From Nemertoderma westbladi (Eukaryota > Animalia > Xenacoelomorpha): a stretch of 64,000 bases of DNA. Of this stretch, positions 1-13,200 are shown piece by piece; the stretch's first letter is position 1, and each line of letters opens with the position of its first letter. Both the position numbers and the translations under genes were made by a program. Location: contig JAUCBJ010007613.1 of NCBI GenBank assembly GCA_032718475.1, positions 84,670 through 148,669 of the forward strand. The letters run 5' to 3'. The notes beneath the pieces are model-generated. The model had not been told where the DNA came from and did not search any database. It saw only the letters and a program-made list of their open reading frames with translations.

Positions 1-20
1 TATATAAATAAAAAACAAAC

Positions 21-3000
21 TTTTCTCTTGAAGGTGAAACGTCTATAGCATTGGAATCTGGTCCTATAGCATTGGAATCTGGTCCTATAGCATTGGAATC
101 TGGTCCTATAGCATTGGAATCTGGTCCTATAGCATTGGAATCTGGTCCTGTAGCATTGGAATCTGGTCCTGTAGCATTGGAATCTGGTCCTGTAGCATTG
201 GAATCTGGTCCTATAGCATTGGAATCTGGTCCTATAGCATTGGAATCTGGTCCTATAGCATTGGAATCTGGTCCTATAGCATTGGAATCTGGTCCTATAG
301 CATTGGAATCTGGTCCTATAGCATTGGAATCTGGTCCTGTAGCATTGGAATCTGGTCCTATAGCATTGAAATCTGGTCCTATAGCATTGGAATCTGGTCC
401 TATAGCATTGGAATCTGGTCCTGTAGCATTGGAATCTGGTCCTATAGCATTGGAATCTGGTCCTGTAGCATTGGAATCTGGTCCTGTAGCATTGGAATCT
501 GGTCCTGTAGCATTGGAATCTGGTCCTGTAGCATTGGAATCTGGTCCTGTAGCATTGGAATCTGGTCCTGTAGCATTGGAATCTGGTCCTGTAGCATTGG
601 AATCTGGTCCTGTAGCATTGGAATCTGGTCCTATAGCATTGGTGTCTGGAGCAGTAGAACCAGGATGTGAAAGAGCAAAGTTGAATGCCCTTTGATGTCT
701 ATCACGTGCTGATAAAGCCTCACTGGTTGACTGAACAGCCTCATATATCCGTAATTGTGTTTCCCTAGAATGACCCATTGAGTGAGCAGCGTTTTCTTTT
801 TCATGGACTTCTCCTGGTAGTCTTTGGTTGAAAAAACTCTTGGCGTGCCGAAAACTAGTCGATCCTGCCTTCGACTTGGAACCTGGGACGAGTTTTTGCC
901 ACAGGTTATTAAGTGGGATGCTGGTGTTGCTAAGTTGCTCTCCATTACGTGTCACAAATACGAAACTTGAATCAGAAGACAACGTACGAGAAGTGTATAA
1001 TGTGCGACCGATATAAACCCATTTCTTTAATAAAACGTAATCCTTATAGCTAATGATAATTTTCTGTGGTCCATAAAATCCTGAGGTCTTGTGATTTGGT
1101 ACTTGAAAAATAAACACATTATTACCGCTGATATCTGTGGTTACAAAACCCTCCTTGAAATGTTTCACTTTTAAGTTCTTTACAACACACTCTCGCAATC
1201 CCAGGTCGTATATTATTAGACTTATAAGATACGTTTGCATTTCTGTCAGTTCGTCTTTGTCATCAACGTCAGGTAACCTTGTAATATTGTCGCGAATTTT
1301 ATCAATATATGAAGACGTCTGAAACTTATTTATCTCCTCAGCTGTAGGCATGGTTTCCGTAGCCCTTTGGCGAACTGTATAGGCGTGCTTTCTAACATCG
1401 GACTTCTGTCGCCGTTGTAAATCTTTTGTCACTGTCAGGCCTTTCACGGCCCCGCTAACATCATTTAAGACAAGAAATTCAAAGTATCTCTGAAGTCTCC
1501 TTAGTACGGCTTTCAGTGTATTGGCAGACCGGGTGCCACCACCACGAATTTTCTCAGAAGCTACTTGACAGTATGCATTATGTAATTTTTGTGGATCACT
1601 TATCTCATCGAACCTTAGTATGTAGTTCTCTTTATTATCACCCATATGTTTAAAGAATGTTCTCACACTCGAAGCTATCATTAAGATATCCCTCTCTCTT
1701 TCTTTTAATGATTCTTCATTATAATCTGCTTTCAAATAATCCATAAATTGATCCATCATAGGAGGTTCACCTGGTTCACCAGCGTCAATAGCAGGTAGTA
1801 TATAACGACTTGGATCATGTAACATTCGTTCACGCTCTGGATCTCCGGGTAGAAGATTGTGTTTACAAGTCAGATGGTCACCAATCTTATAAAAACATTT
1901 ATTGCAAATTAAGCACCGCGATATTCGACGATTCGGTTTCTTTTTACCACTTTTATATAATCTTATCACACCAGATTTCTTAAAATATAGTTCTTTACTC
2001 TCCAGAGACAGCCGGCTTAAAACCCCGGCATGTTGTATTTGGTGTCGATTGCGTAGATGATCATTAATTCGAAGCGTTTCTTTGTGACAGAGTTTACAGA
2101 TTCTAGGTATATGAGAGTCTTTTGATTTTTGTGGCATGGAAACATCATCACAATCTCCATTGGTATCAATGCAATCTACGGAGAAAAAAACAAATGATAT
2201 AATGAAGTATAAATAATTTGAATACTGGAGGGCTTATCTGAACTAAGTTAATGTATAATCAACTCAATATATAACTGACTGGGACTGTATTGTCGAGCCA
2301 CGAAGTGAGCGAAGCCTTAGCATATGGGTACCATTAACGAGTTGTCTGTCGTAGTCGTCACACGTCTAACTTTTGATCACTAATAACTTTGTAATTCCTT
2401 GATGATATTAAACCAAACTTTGTATGTACTGTATGTAGTACGTCAAAAGTTTAGAAAGAATATGAGGTTTGGTCAAAAATCAGACAGTCTGTCAGTCGGT
2501 ACCGGTAGGTATTCTAGCGGTACCGCATCACTTCGTCTAGGTTTAATAACTTTAGCATTGCATCAATTTTGATGAAACTTTCACAGATTGACGTATGGAA
2601 TATTCGTAATTCAATGAGTACATAGAGTTTATAGCTTCCCACAATTTCACGGTCCGTCACTAGGAGGCGCTAAATATCCACTTCGTCTAGACGCCGTACC
2701 TGGGCGGGAAATTTACAAATTGTCCCTCCATCCACTAATTGCATTCATAAGAGAGGCAGGTGTATGCTGGCCCGGTTGATGTTTACATACTTACTGTATA
2801 TAGAAGCTCAGCTGAGAAGTGGATTGGTTGCAAGTACTATAGATTACAGCTTCTCAGGTTAACTGAGTCTCGTGCTGCGCGAAAGCCCCACAAACATGTA
2901 TCTTACTGTATTTACGCGAATAAGTTATACCCCACCCACCCCGCCCGGGGGTGGGGTATAGGCAGGGCCGCATTTAGGAAAAGACCAACTACGCCAGAAA

Positions 3001-5771
3001 TAGTAAATAATAAATGTAGTATAACTAGTAAGCTAAATTATATATTACCAACAAACTGAGGGGGTAGATTCTGGGGTCTAATCTACGCCGCTAACAGATA
3101 TGATACCAACCATTCTGCTGGGTCGTAGCCGCATCAAACTCCTCCTGTGTCGTGGCCGCATCAAACTCCTCCTGTGTCGTGGCCGCATCAAGCTCCTGAA
3201 AAATATCACCGACACCCTGGTAACATGTGTCATTGTTGGCCATCTGTTGCATGGCAATGCCTGCGTTCGGCAGTGTAGATGGTTGTGGAACATCATGCCA
3301 CGATGCAGAAGCGTTAACCGATGGACCTGCGTTAAAATATAGGGCAACAAAATATACAATCACAGTAAGGAAGGATGGAATGTGCCCTTTGTTATGAAAC
3401 TGGCGTTTGTGACACTTAGAAAAACACCATCGACATTTGACACTCTAAGCAAGATTATATTTTACTTCTCGATATATGGCTTGGCTGTCTGTCTGTCTAC
3501 CCGATAGTCTATTTTAAAAAGTTTAAACCTACCTCCATGTTTTTCTGAACTTCCATCATCTTCATCCAATAAACTTTCTAGTTCTTCTAAGTCAGGTGGT
3601 ATTTCTGAACTTCCATCAACTTCATCCAATAAACTTTCTGGTTCTTCTAAGTTAGGTGGTGCGACGCTGTTATCTGTAATAAATTAATTGGTGTTGAGCT
3701 AATGAAACTAAAAATTAAGGAACAGTCATGTTTCAGGTGCCGAAAAATGCTACACCAGACCAGACCGTACAGTTACGTATACAAGTATACAATTAATACA
3801 GCAATACAGAATTACTAAAATATTATTAATTTATGAGTTTGTACAGTGAATTTGAACAGGCTAGGGGGGGGGGGGGGGGGGGAGCTAGAGTATTATTGGT
3901 TCATTATTTTGGGCATGGTTAGTCAGCCCCCAATCCTAATTAAAACTGTCATGCAAAAATGCTCAATGCTTACATAGGGTTAGGTATTTGACTAAAAATG
4001 CTGGTACCGGTAACAAAATTCACCTGACTCACCTCGATCGAGATCTAGCCCCAACTCAATAAGAGTATTTCGATTTTGAATTGTATTAACCGGTGTATCT
4101 ATTCGCCCGGACGAATAAACGAATGAACCCCTGCAAATATATAAAGTTCATTGCAGGACGCAATTCACTGAATTTCAGGGCGTACAGTTCTCTTAAATAC
4201 CGGTAGGCCTATATCAGATCTGTACATATTATCATATAAATAAGAAAAATATATAATAATTAATAATAACATAATAATAATAATATATAATAATAGCCAT
4301 ACATCCATGAAAAAATTTAGCTTCCTATACGTTAGGCGTAATTTGGGACATCATATAGGCTATAGGTTTAAAAAATAAATATTGTGATTGTAAAAAATTG
4401 TGATTGTGCTTTACTATTTTCAGTTTTTTGTCTGTCTGTATCAGTAGGCTACCTGTTGTAGCATACTGATCACTGATGCGCTTTGAAATCACCCAATATA
4501 CAAAACTAGCAACTACCGGTAGTACATTTTACACCCTACACATTTTACCCTGTACATTTTTCACATATTTTTCTAAAATGTTTTATGTCCCAAATTCCCC
4601 CAGTTGACCCTATCTTTAATTCAATGACCACCTAAACCTAACAATGAGACCAGTATTACATCGCCCTAACCTACTACCGGTATTGTAGACTCACTCATTC
4701 ACATAAGGAGATATATTTTAACCAGCCAATATGATGCTCATGCCTTTACATCATAGTTCTTACCTTTGAACGGGAACAACTGCTCTTTTTTTCGAAGGTG
4801 TAAAGCAATCCTTGGCTCTAATCAATTGTTCCTCCGCCAGGTTGAACGAATCTGTAATATAAATTAAACTCATGTCATGGTACCGTTATCTAAAGTAAAG
4901 CATAGTACTGTAGTACATAGTAGGTCGTCAACCCGGTCCCACTTGGTGTAGTAGTAAAACTGGTAACAGTTAAATACCTTGGTGTAGTGGTTGCATTTGC
5001 ATTGAATTCACATCTCTCTGTAGGTCGCGGGTTCAATCCCCCCCCCCCCCCCCCCCCCCCCACATGCCACATGGGCAAGGGCAGTTTTCGTTTCGGCACG
5101 AATGCTTTAAAGGGGACTAGCCAGGGCGCATCTGAGCCTTTCATCCTTAATTGGTAGCTAAATGGGTACAGGTACTGCAGTTTCCTCTGGGGAGTAAAGT
5201 TCTGGGGGGACCGCACTGGAAATAAGTCGTCAGACTTTGTGTGTAAACCCGCCCCCGGCACCCGGCTAACGGCCGAAGAAAATTTACTTCACTTTACTTT
5301 AGGGCTACCGGCAGACCGGTACTTTTTACAGTGTTTTACTAAAAAATATCTGCCGGTAGGTAAAGGTCTGCCACTCTGCCAGGCTAGTAGCCTGGCAGAG
5401 TGGCAGACCTTTACCTTTACCTACCTTTACCTACAGGTAGGGTAGCCTGAGGCTACCCTACCTGTCACCTGTACAGGCAGACATGTACCGGTAATTATTC
5501 AGTAGAGCTAGACAGCTAGAGGCTTACCTTTTTGATCGATAATAAAAACATCGTAATGTTCCCAGTCCAGCATATCAGATGGTTCCAACATTGATTGTTT
5601 CCTAAGTTTTTTAAACTTTTCATTAGATAATCTCTGGATGTTTGAAGGGTAAGGGCAGTAAGTTACCCGTACCGTTTCGCCATTTCCATCCACCTCATTA
5701 TCAGTCGACAACCAACGGGTCGGGACTGTTAATAGACTATTATCGACAATAAACTTCACCACGGAGAACAT
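21..5771 (-). CDS. Multi-exon C2H2 zinc finger / tyrosine recombinase gene (YR1, Crypton-like), apparently intact; 3' end runs off the window
   Basis: Manual model with GT-AG introns and consistent phases (1,2,1,1,1): exons 5771-5528, 4851-4764, 4130-4033, 3673-3533, 3326-3111, 2175-~21. The last exon is open throughout. It encodes CKLC..HLRNRH and CLIC..HLTCKH fingers, then YR motifs GLRE, HKT(SGFYGP), TSFRH, MGHS and RIYE. It is absent from the ORF track because no stop is reached inside the window. Confidence 0.85.
43..641. repeat. 21-bp minisatellite (ctatagcattggaatctggtc / ctgtag variant), ~28 units, in frame in YR1 as GPDSNA[I/T]
   Basis: Near-perfect tandem units read directly; A/G dimorphism at one position. 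Confidence 0.97.
4978..5300 (+). mobile_element. tRNA-derived SINE in YR1 intron 1
   Basis: A-box-like ggtgtagtggtt, B-box ggttcaatccc, central gagcctttcatcct...taaatgggtac resembling the Nin/Deu SINE domain, and a (cttta)-like tail. Confidence 0.65.
5358..5465. repeat. Two perfect palindromes with 1-nt loops (29-bp arms 5358-5416; 16-bp arms 5433-5465)
   Basis: aggtaaaggtctgccactctgccaggcta-g-tagcctggcagagtggcagacctttacct; acaggtagggtagcct-g-aggctaccctacctgt. Confidence 0.9.
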
Positions 5772-6365
5772 TATGCCAAGCGCCAAGGTTAATTATGTAG
5801 GCCTAAAGGAAATGCATTTAGGAAATGCGCAAATGTGAAGTTAAGGGCTAAATGCTGAAATGCTTTACAGCTTTAGGCTGTTAGGCCTACGACTTTCATT
5901 CAGACTACCGGTAAGAGAGAACAAGTTTGCAGCACTGCATTTACTGTACTACCATGGCCATGGTACTACTGCATTAACGCGGATGAATATTACAACAATA
6001 CAACAGAAATCTAATATTCCATTAAGACAATGATGAACTTCAATTATATTGCTTTGAAAACACCTGTTTTCAAGATAAAGATTTAATATGATAACTTTCA
6101 TACCAGTAGCCAAACGTAACATATTTAGAATGACAAAATTATTCTCTTCAAAATATCCTATTTCAAAATCAAAAACAATTTAACCCAGCAAAATATGTCT
6201 TAGGGCGTACTACATTATTAACGAAATTGTGATAAGGGGGGGGGGGGGGGGGGGGGGGGGGGTGGTGGTGGTGCTGCCGGGTAGTGGCCTACGTAGTATT
6301 CTTCACATGGGGAAAACTGCGAAGTGAAATATAACAGCAGAAAGTTTGGTGTACTTTACATGACG

Positions 6366-8718
6366 TTAGTTATTGAATTGGGAAACTACTTGTTTGGGGT
6401 ATGAATTCGGATATGATTACAAATGAAAAAATAATGTTACAAACGTTTAAATAGACTAACGCGAAATGATATATCTCAAATCTATATAAAGTGTCCATAT
6501 AGGGTAACTTTATATCAACACTAAATGGCCAGTATTATACAGTATGTAGTTCCAGGCACACAGGCATACCGAGATATCAAACTTTATTTGATATGGCCAT
6601 AGTGGCAAATTTCGACGGAATTGGGTAAGTCTCAAAGGTCACAGTTTCCATACAGTGAAAACACATAAATCAGGGAAATAAGTATTCTTATAGCTGGAAA
6701 AATGTCCCTTTTGGTATAGAGTAAAAAGCGATGAGATGACGCTTTTAATTATTCATCATTGATCATTCATTATTCGTCATCACGTTATTCTAACCAAAAT
6801 AATAAACTAAAGTCAGTAGAACATGTTACAGTTTCATTTTTTCGAGTAATCAGCTGTTTTTTTGCCGTGTGAAGAATACCAGGTTTTTACTTTCGGTCGA
6901 AATTTTATTGGAATTGTATATGTGAAGAATATAACCTCTACAGATACTAAATCGTTTATTGTTTTGGTTAGATTCAGCCCTTCTGTAACCTGCATTTTTA
7001 GTGAAAACCTGTATTCTTCACATTGCATTGGGCTTAACTGCAAAGTACAGCAAAGTACCTGGAGAGGGATTAATTTTGATTGCATCGTAAATCCCCCTAG
7101 CTATCCGTCATGGTTAGAAACGCTATGACAAAGTTTCAATTCCTTAGACTAAATTATATATCACAAACCTACATAAAGTGTCCATATAGGGTAATTTATT
7201 AATCAACACTAAATGGCCAGTGTACAGTAGTTCCAGGCATACTGAGAAATCAAATTTACATTGATCTGGCCATAATGGCGAATTTCCACATGATATTGAC
7301 TACGGATTTATGGCCACAGTGGCCATACAGAGAAATGGCACAGAAGATATCACCATAAAAGATGAAAGCCCACAACTAAAGTGATTTCTTACATACTGTA
7401 TATTTAATCTGTCTGTATTTAAGGTCTGTATTTAAATCTGTATTTAAGGTCGGTCGGTCGGTCGGTCGGTCGGTCGGTCGGTCGGTCGGTCGGTCGGTCG
7501 GTCGGTCGGTCGGTCGGTCGGTCGGTCGGTCGGTCGGTCGGTCGGTCGGTCGGTCGGTCGGTCGGTCGGTCGGTCGGTCGGTCGGTCGGTCGGTCGGTCG
7601 GTCGGTCGGTCGGTCGGTCGGTCGGTCGGTCGGTCGGTCGGTCGGTCGGTCGGTCGGTCGGTCGGTCGGTCGGTCGGTCGGTCGGTCGGTCGGTCGGTCG
7701 GTCGGTCGGTCGGTCGGTCGGTCGGTCGGTCGGTCGGTCGGTCGGTCGGTCGGTCGGTCGGTCGGTCGGTCGGTCGGTCGGTCGGTCGGTCGGTCGGTCG
7801 GTCGGTCGGTCGGTCGGTCGGTCGGTCGGTCGGTCGGTCGGTCGGTCGGTCGGTCGGTCGCCACTATACGGCCATATCAAATAAATTTTGATATCTCGGT
7901 ATGCCTGGAACTACAAAACACTGTTCATTAAGTAGTGTTGAGTTAAATTTACCCTATATATGGACACTTTATATAGATTTGGGATATGTAATTTAGTCTA
8001 AGGAATTGAAACTTTGTAACAGCGTTTCTAACCATAAACAATAATTGCCGTTACTTTACCAACAGTATTTTTTTTCATTATTGTAATCATACCCCAAACA
8101 AGCAGATCCCCAATTCAATAACTAAAAGTCAGGAGATAGGCCTACTCTCATTACGTGACTAACATACTGTAGCTTCGGGTACTCACAATAAAATTGTTAG
8201 CATGATGATCTCATTAACTTCTAAATTATTCTTCAAATGTAACTTTGAATTCATTTAACTCTCAAAATTACTGTAAATCCAAACAAGACTAGTATATAAC
8301 ATCTCTACATTGTATTATCTAAAAAAAATACAAATTTCCGATGAGAACTATTATTATAGCTAGCTGCCTGTACCCATACAGATTAAATAAATGTAAGAAA
8401 TCACTTTAGTTGTGGGCTTGCATCTTTTAATGTGATATCTTCTCTGCCATGGCCACTGTGGCCATAAATCCGTAGTCAATATCATGTGGAAATTCGCCAT
8501 TATGGCCAGATCAATGTAAATTTGATTTCTCTGTATGCCCGGAACTACTGTTTAACACTGGCCATTTAGTGTTGATAAATAAATTACCCTATATGGACAC
8601 TTTATATAGGTTTGTAATATTTAATTAAGTCTAAGGAAATGAAACCTTGTCACAGAGTTTCTAACCATGACAGCTAGCTAGGGGGACTTTCGATGCAATC
8701 AAAATTAATTCCTCTCCT
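6366..8718. repeat. Interleaved imperfect inverted repeats (6366-6601 vs 7869-8125; 7061-7412 vs 8379-8718)
   Basis: Reverse-complement matches read by eye, e.g. aaagtgtccatatagggtaa vs ttaccctatatggacacttt and ctaaagtgatttcttacat vs atgtaagaaatcactttag. Confidence 0.8.
7448..7860. repeat. Perfect (GGTC)n microsatellite, ~103 units
   Basis: Direct reading. Confidence 0.99.
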
Positions 8719-10229
8719 CCAGGGGAAAATCCTGGGTAAATAACAGCTGAACTGTTGTTACCTGTTCTATTAAATTAAATTTTTGTATTGTTAGAATAAC
8801 GAGCCATTGTGACCTGCTCCTTTCCATTAATTGTTTATTTAACAATGAGGCGAGATTTTCAATTCTTCAATATTCCAGACCTCAAATGGTCCAAATAAAA
8901 TCAAAGTAATATAAACGTGTGTAATCACAAAAGATATTAAAATTATGTAAGTATGTATTTATTGAAATGATGAGTAAAATACATTTTGATATTAATTTAG
9001 CAGTAGCAATATTAAATTAGCAGATTCGAATTCAATAACTAACGCCAGGAGATACTCTCATTACGTGACTAACATTTATCTTTCAATTTAAGTGATTGTA
9101 TATTTCTTAGTAAAGAAACATATGATACAGAGATAGGTTCATTATAAGAACCAAAATAATAAACCACCTAGAGGAAATATTGACGCACGACCCAACGATG
9201 CAATGTAGAAGCAATGGATGTACAGTAGGATGTACAGTAGGACCTACACCCCCTATGAATGGAGCAGTATTTCATCAATTTAATGGCATGTCCTAATTGT
9301 ATGGGAATGAATCGTCCTCTTGTTTAGATTATCAACGATAAGAGGTTGAGACTGATCTACTATCAAATTAAAAATGACGAGTGAAAATTGAGTTGCCAAT
9401 ATTTCAGCCACTACAGTTTTTTTTAAACAATACGAGTATTTTTAATTAAAACTGTTTAGGGCTTACTAAATAGTAAATCTCGTTTTATTATAATTTTTAA
9501 AATATTATTTTAACTATTAAATTAGCTTTTTGTTCATTAAATCATCTCCTGAATAGTCATAAACCACATTAGTATAATAATTACAGCCGTTCCATAAAAA
9601 TTTCGTTGTAAGTACTCTCACCATTAAATCATAAAGAAACAACAATTGCCCTTTTGCAATACCTTAACATGCCGTCAGGGGGTGCTCCAATTTACACTTA
9701 TTCACTGTCATTATTTTATATATATATATTGCACATAATGGACACGTGGCCCTAGTGTGTATCTTTTGAAACTAAAAGCAAATAGCAACTAAACGCAATA
9801 TGGCCACTTTTACTTGACAATCAATTTTGGAAAGTTTCTATGATTAAAAATACACCTTATCATTTGTAGTGCCATATTTCAAGGACACAGAGGTTCTGAA
9901 AACGTTTCAAGTCTTAAAATTAATATAAAGGGCAATATATTCACTTTGTTAAATGTGGCCATATTGACCGTTTTAAGATATATATATATATGTACGTTCT
10001 GCCTAAAGGGCCATAGATATGTATCTTTGAAATGAAGGGTATTATGTACCTATATAATACAGAATGGAAGTAAAAAGGGCCATTAGTATATCTACATATC
10101 TTGTGTATATATGTTCCTACATATACCATTTTAATATACATACATAAAGATGAAATAACGAGCGAAAGGGCCAACTTATATATCTATATAGTGAGATATG
10201 TAGGTATAGTGTACCTATATAACTCAATG

Positions 10230-13200
10230 GCCCTATCTTATTTCTCTTCATTCTTACAGTTCAGTTTATTTGTAAGATCAATTTGGATGGAAATGGGCCA
10301 CTGTAAATGATGTATATTTGTGGCCCTAATGTAAATCATCTCATTCTTTATGATAGTAAAGGTGGCCCTTTTCCCGTTCATTTAATTTAATAAATCAATT
10401 TTGAAACAAATGGGCCAGTCAAACTTTCTCAAAAAATGACATGAATAGTAACATGAATTGTAAGACTTGCAATGTAATTACCACAGTTAAGTAAACTAAA
10501 ATAATAAAAGTTTTAATTATGCATTATTTTTGTTTGAACATATTTTATGTATGGTTGATATATCTTCTTGAAATTTGGTAAGAGTGACCTACACCTACAA
10601 GCATTGTTTATTTAGAAATTCTAAATTCAGACAGACTTTAAAGTTCCCCTGTCTGCCGCTAGGGGGGCGTATTGACAGAATCGTAGAAGTAGCTGTGTAA
10701 TTATAGAACCAACCACCAGATTCCATCTGAAATTTGGTAGGAGTGAACAAGGAGAATTGCATAATTATAAATTCTATGCCTAGACGGACTTTTATAGTTC
10801 TTATGTTCGTTATTCGTTACTATGTTCTAGCTCTAAAGAGCCTTGTCCATAAATATCTCCATGGCGCTACAGTATGGCCCTAATGCTGTTAAGCTCATTG
10901 TATTTCATTCTGGCCCTTTTTCAGTTCAGTTTATTGGTAAGATCAATTTGGATGCAAAAGGCCACTGTAAAAGATGTATATTTGTGGCCCTAATGTAAAT
11001 CATCTCATTCTTTATGATAGTAAAGGTGGCCCTTGTCCCGTTCATTTAATTTAATAAATCAATTTTGAATCAAATGGGCCAGTCAAACTTTCTCAAAAAA
11101 TGACATGAATAGTAACATGATTTGTAAGACTTGCAATGTAATATTTACCTCAGTTAACCTAAAACTAAAATAATGTAGATTTTAATAAACATTATTTTTG
11201 TTTGAACATATTTTATGTACTGTACGGTTAGACTTTCAAGTTCCCATGTCTTCAACGGGCAGTTATCGCCGTTGCTTAAGTAGAAATTATACACACAGAC
11301 AGACTTTAAAGTTCCCCTGTCTGCCGCTAGGCGGGCGAATTGACAGAATCGTAGAAGTAGCTGTGTAATTATAGAACCAACCATCAGATTCCATCTGAAA
11401 TTTGGTATGAGTGAACAAGGAGAATTGCATAATTATAAATTCTATGCCTAGACGGACTTTTATAGTTCTTATGGTCGTTATTCGTTACTATGTTCTAGCT
11501 CTAAAGAGCCTTGTCCATAAATATCTCCATGGCGCTACAGTATGGCCCTACCCTAATGCTGTTAAGCTCATTGTATTTCATTCTGGCCCTTTTTCATCTC
11601 AGTTTATTGGTAAGATCAATTTGGATGCAAAAGGCCACTGTAAAAGATGTATATTTGTGGCCCTAATGTAAATCATCTCATTCTTTATGATTGTAAAGGT
11701 GGCCCTTTTCCCGTTCATTTAATTTAATAAATCAATTTTGAATCAAATGGGCCAGTCAAACTTTCTCAAAAAATGACATGAATAGTAACATGATTTGTAA
11801 GACTTGCAATGTAATATTTACCTCAGTTAACCTAAAACTAAAATAATGTAGATTTTAATAAACATTATTTTTGTTTGAACATATTTTATGTACTGTACGG
11901 TTAGACTTTCAAGTTCCCATGTCTTCAACGGGCAGTTATCGCCGTTGCTTAAGTAGAAATTATACACACAGACAGACTTTAAAGTTCACCTGTCTGCCGC
12001 TAGGGAGGCGAATTGACAGAAACGTAGAAGTAGCTGTGTAATTATAGAACCAACCATCAGATTCCATCTGAAATTTGATAGGAGTGAACAAGGAGAATTG
12101 CATAATTATAAATTCTATGCCTAGACGGACTTTTATAGTTCTTATGGTCGTTATTCGTTACTATGTTCTAGCTCTAAAGAGCCTTGTCCATAAATATCTC
12201 CATGGCGCTACAGTATGGCCCTAATGCTGTTAAGCTCATTGTATTTCATTCTGGCCCTTTTTCATCTCAGTTTATTGGTAAGATCAATTTGGATCTGAAA
12301 TTTGGTAGGAGTGAACAAGGAGAATTGCATAATTATAAATTCTATGCCTAGACGGACTTTTATAGTTCTTATGTTCGTTATTCGTTACTATGTTCTAGCT
12401 CTAAAGAGCCTTGTCCATAAATATCTCCATGGCGCTACAGTATGGCCCTAATGCTGTTAAGCTCATTGTATTTCATTCTGGCCCTTTTTCAGTTCAGTTT
12501 ATTGGTAAGATCAATTTGGATGCAAAAGGCCACTGTAAAAGATGTATATTTGTGGCCCTAATGTAAATCATCTCATTCTTTATGATAGTAAAGGTGGCCC
12601 TTTTCCCGTTCATTTAATTTAATAAATCAATTTTGAATCAAATGGGCCAGTCAAACTTTCTCAAAAAATGACATGAAAAGTAACATGATTTGTAAGACTT
12701 GCAATGTAATATTTACCTCAGTTAACTTAAAACTAAAATAATGTAGATTTTAATAAACATTATTTTTGTTTGAACATATTTTATGTACTGTACGGTTAGA
12801 CTTTTCAAGTTCCCATGTCTTCAACGGGCAGTTATCGCCGTTGCTTAAGTAGAAATTATACACACAGACAGACTTTAAAGTTCACCTGTCTGCCGCTAGG
12901 GAGGCGAATTGACATAAACTTAGAAGTAGCTGTGTAATTATAGAACCAACCATCAGATTCATCTGAAATTTGGTAGGAGTGAACAAGGAGCATTGCATAA
13001 TTATAAATTCTATGCCTAGACGGACTTTTATAGCTCTTATGTTCGTTATTCGTTACTATGTTCTAGCTCTAAAGAGCCTTGTCCATAAATATCTCCATGG
13101 CGCTACAGTATGGCCCTAATGCTGTTAAGCTCATTGTATTTCATTCTGGCCCTTTTTCATCTCAGTTTATTGGTAAGATCAATTTGGATGCAAAAGGCCA

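Noticed and set aside
51-695. Plus-strand 214-aa ORF (ESGPIAL)n
   Set aside because: It is the antisense reading of the minisatellite; the coding frame is on the minus strand, continuous with YR1.
3864-6262. Long poly-G/poly-C tracts (also ~21013, ~27410, ~59820)
   Set aside because: Simple homopolymers of unreliable assembled length with no consistent context.
7376-7880. (TDRP)n ORFs
   Set aside because: Artefact of the stop-free (GGTC)n microsatellite.
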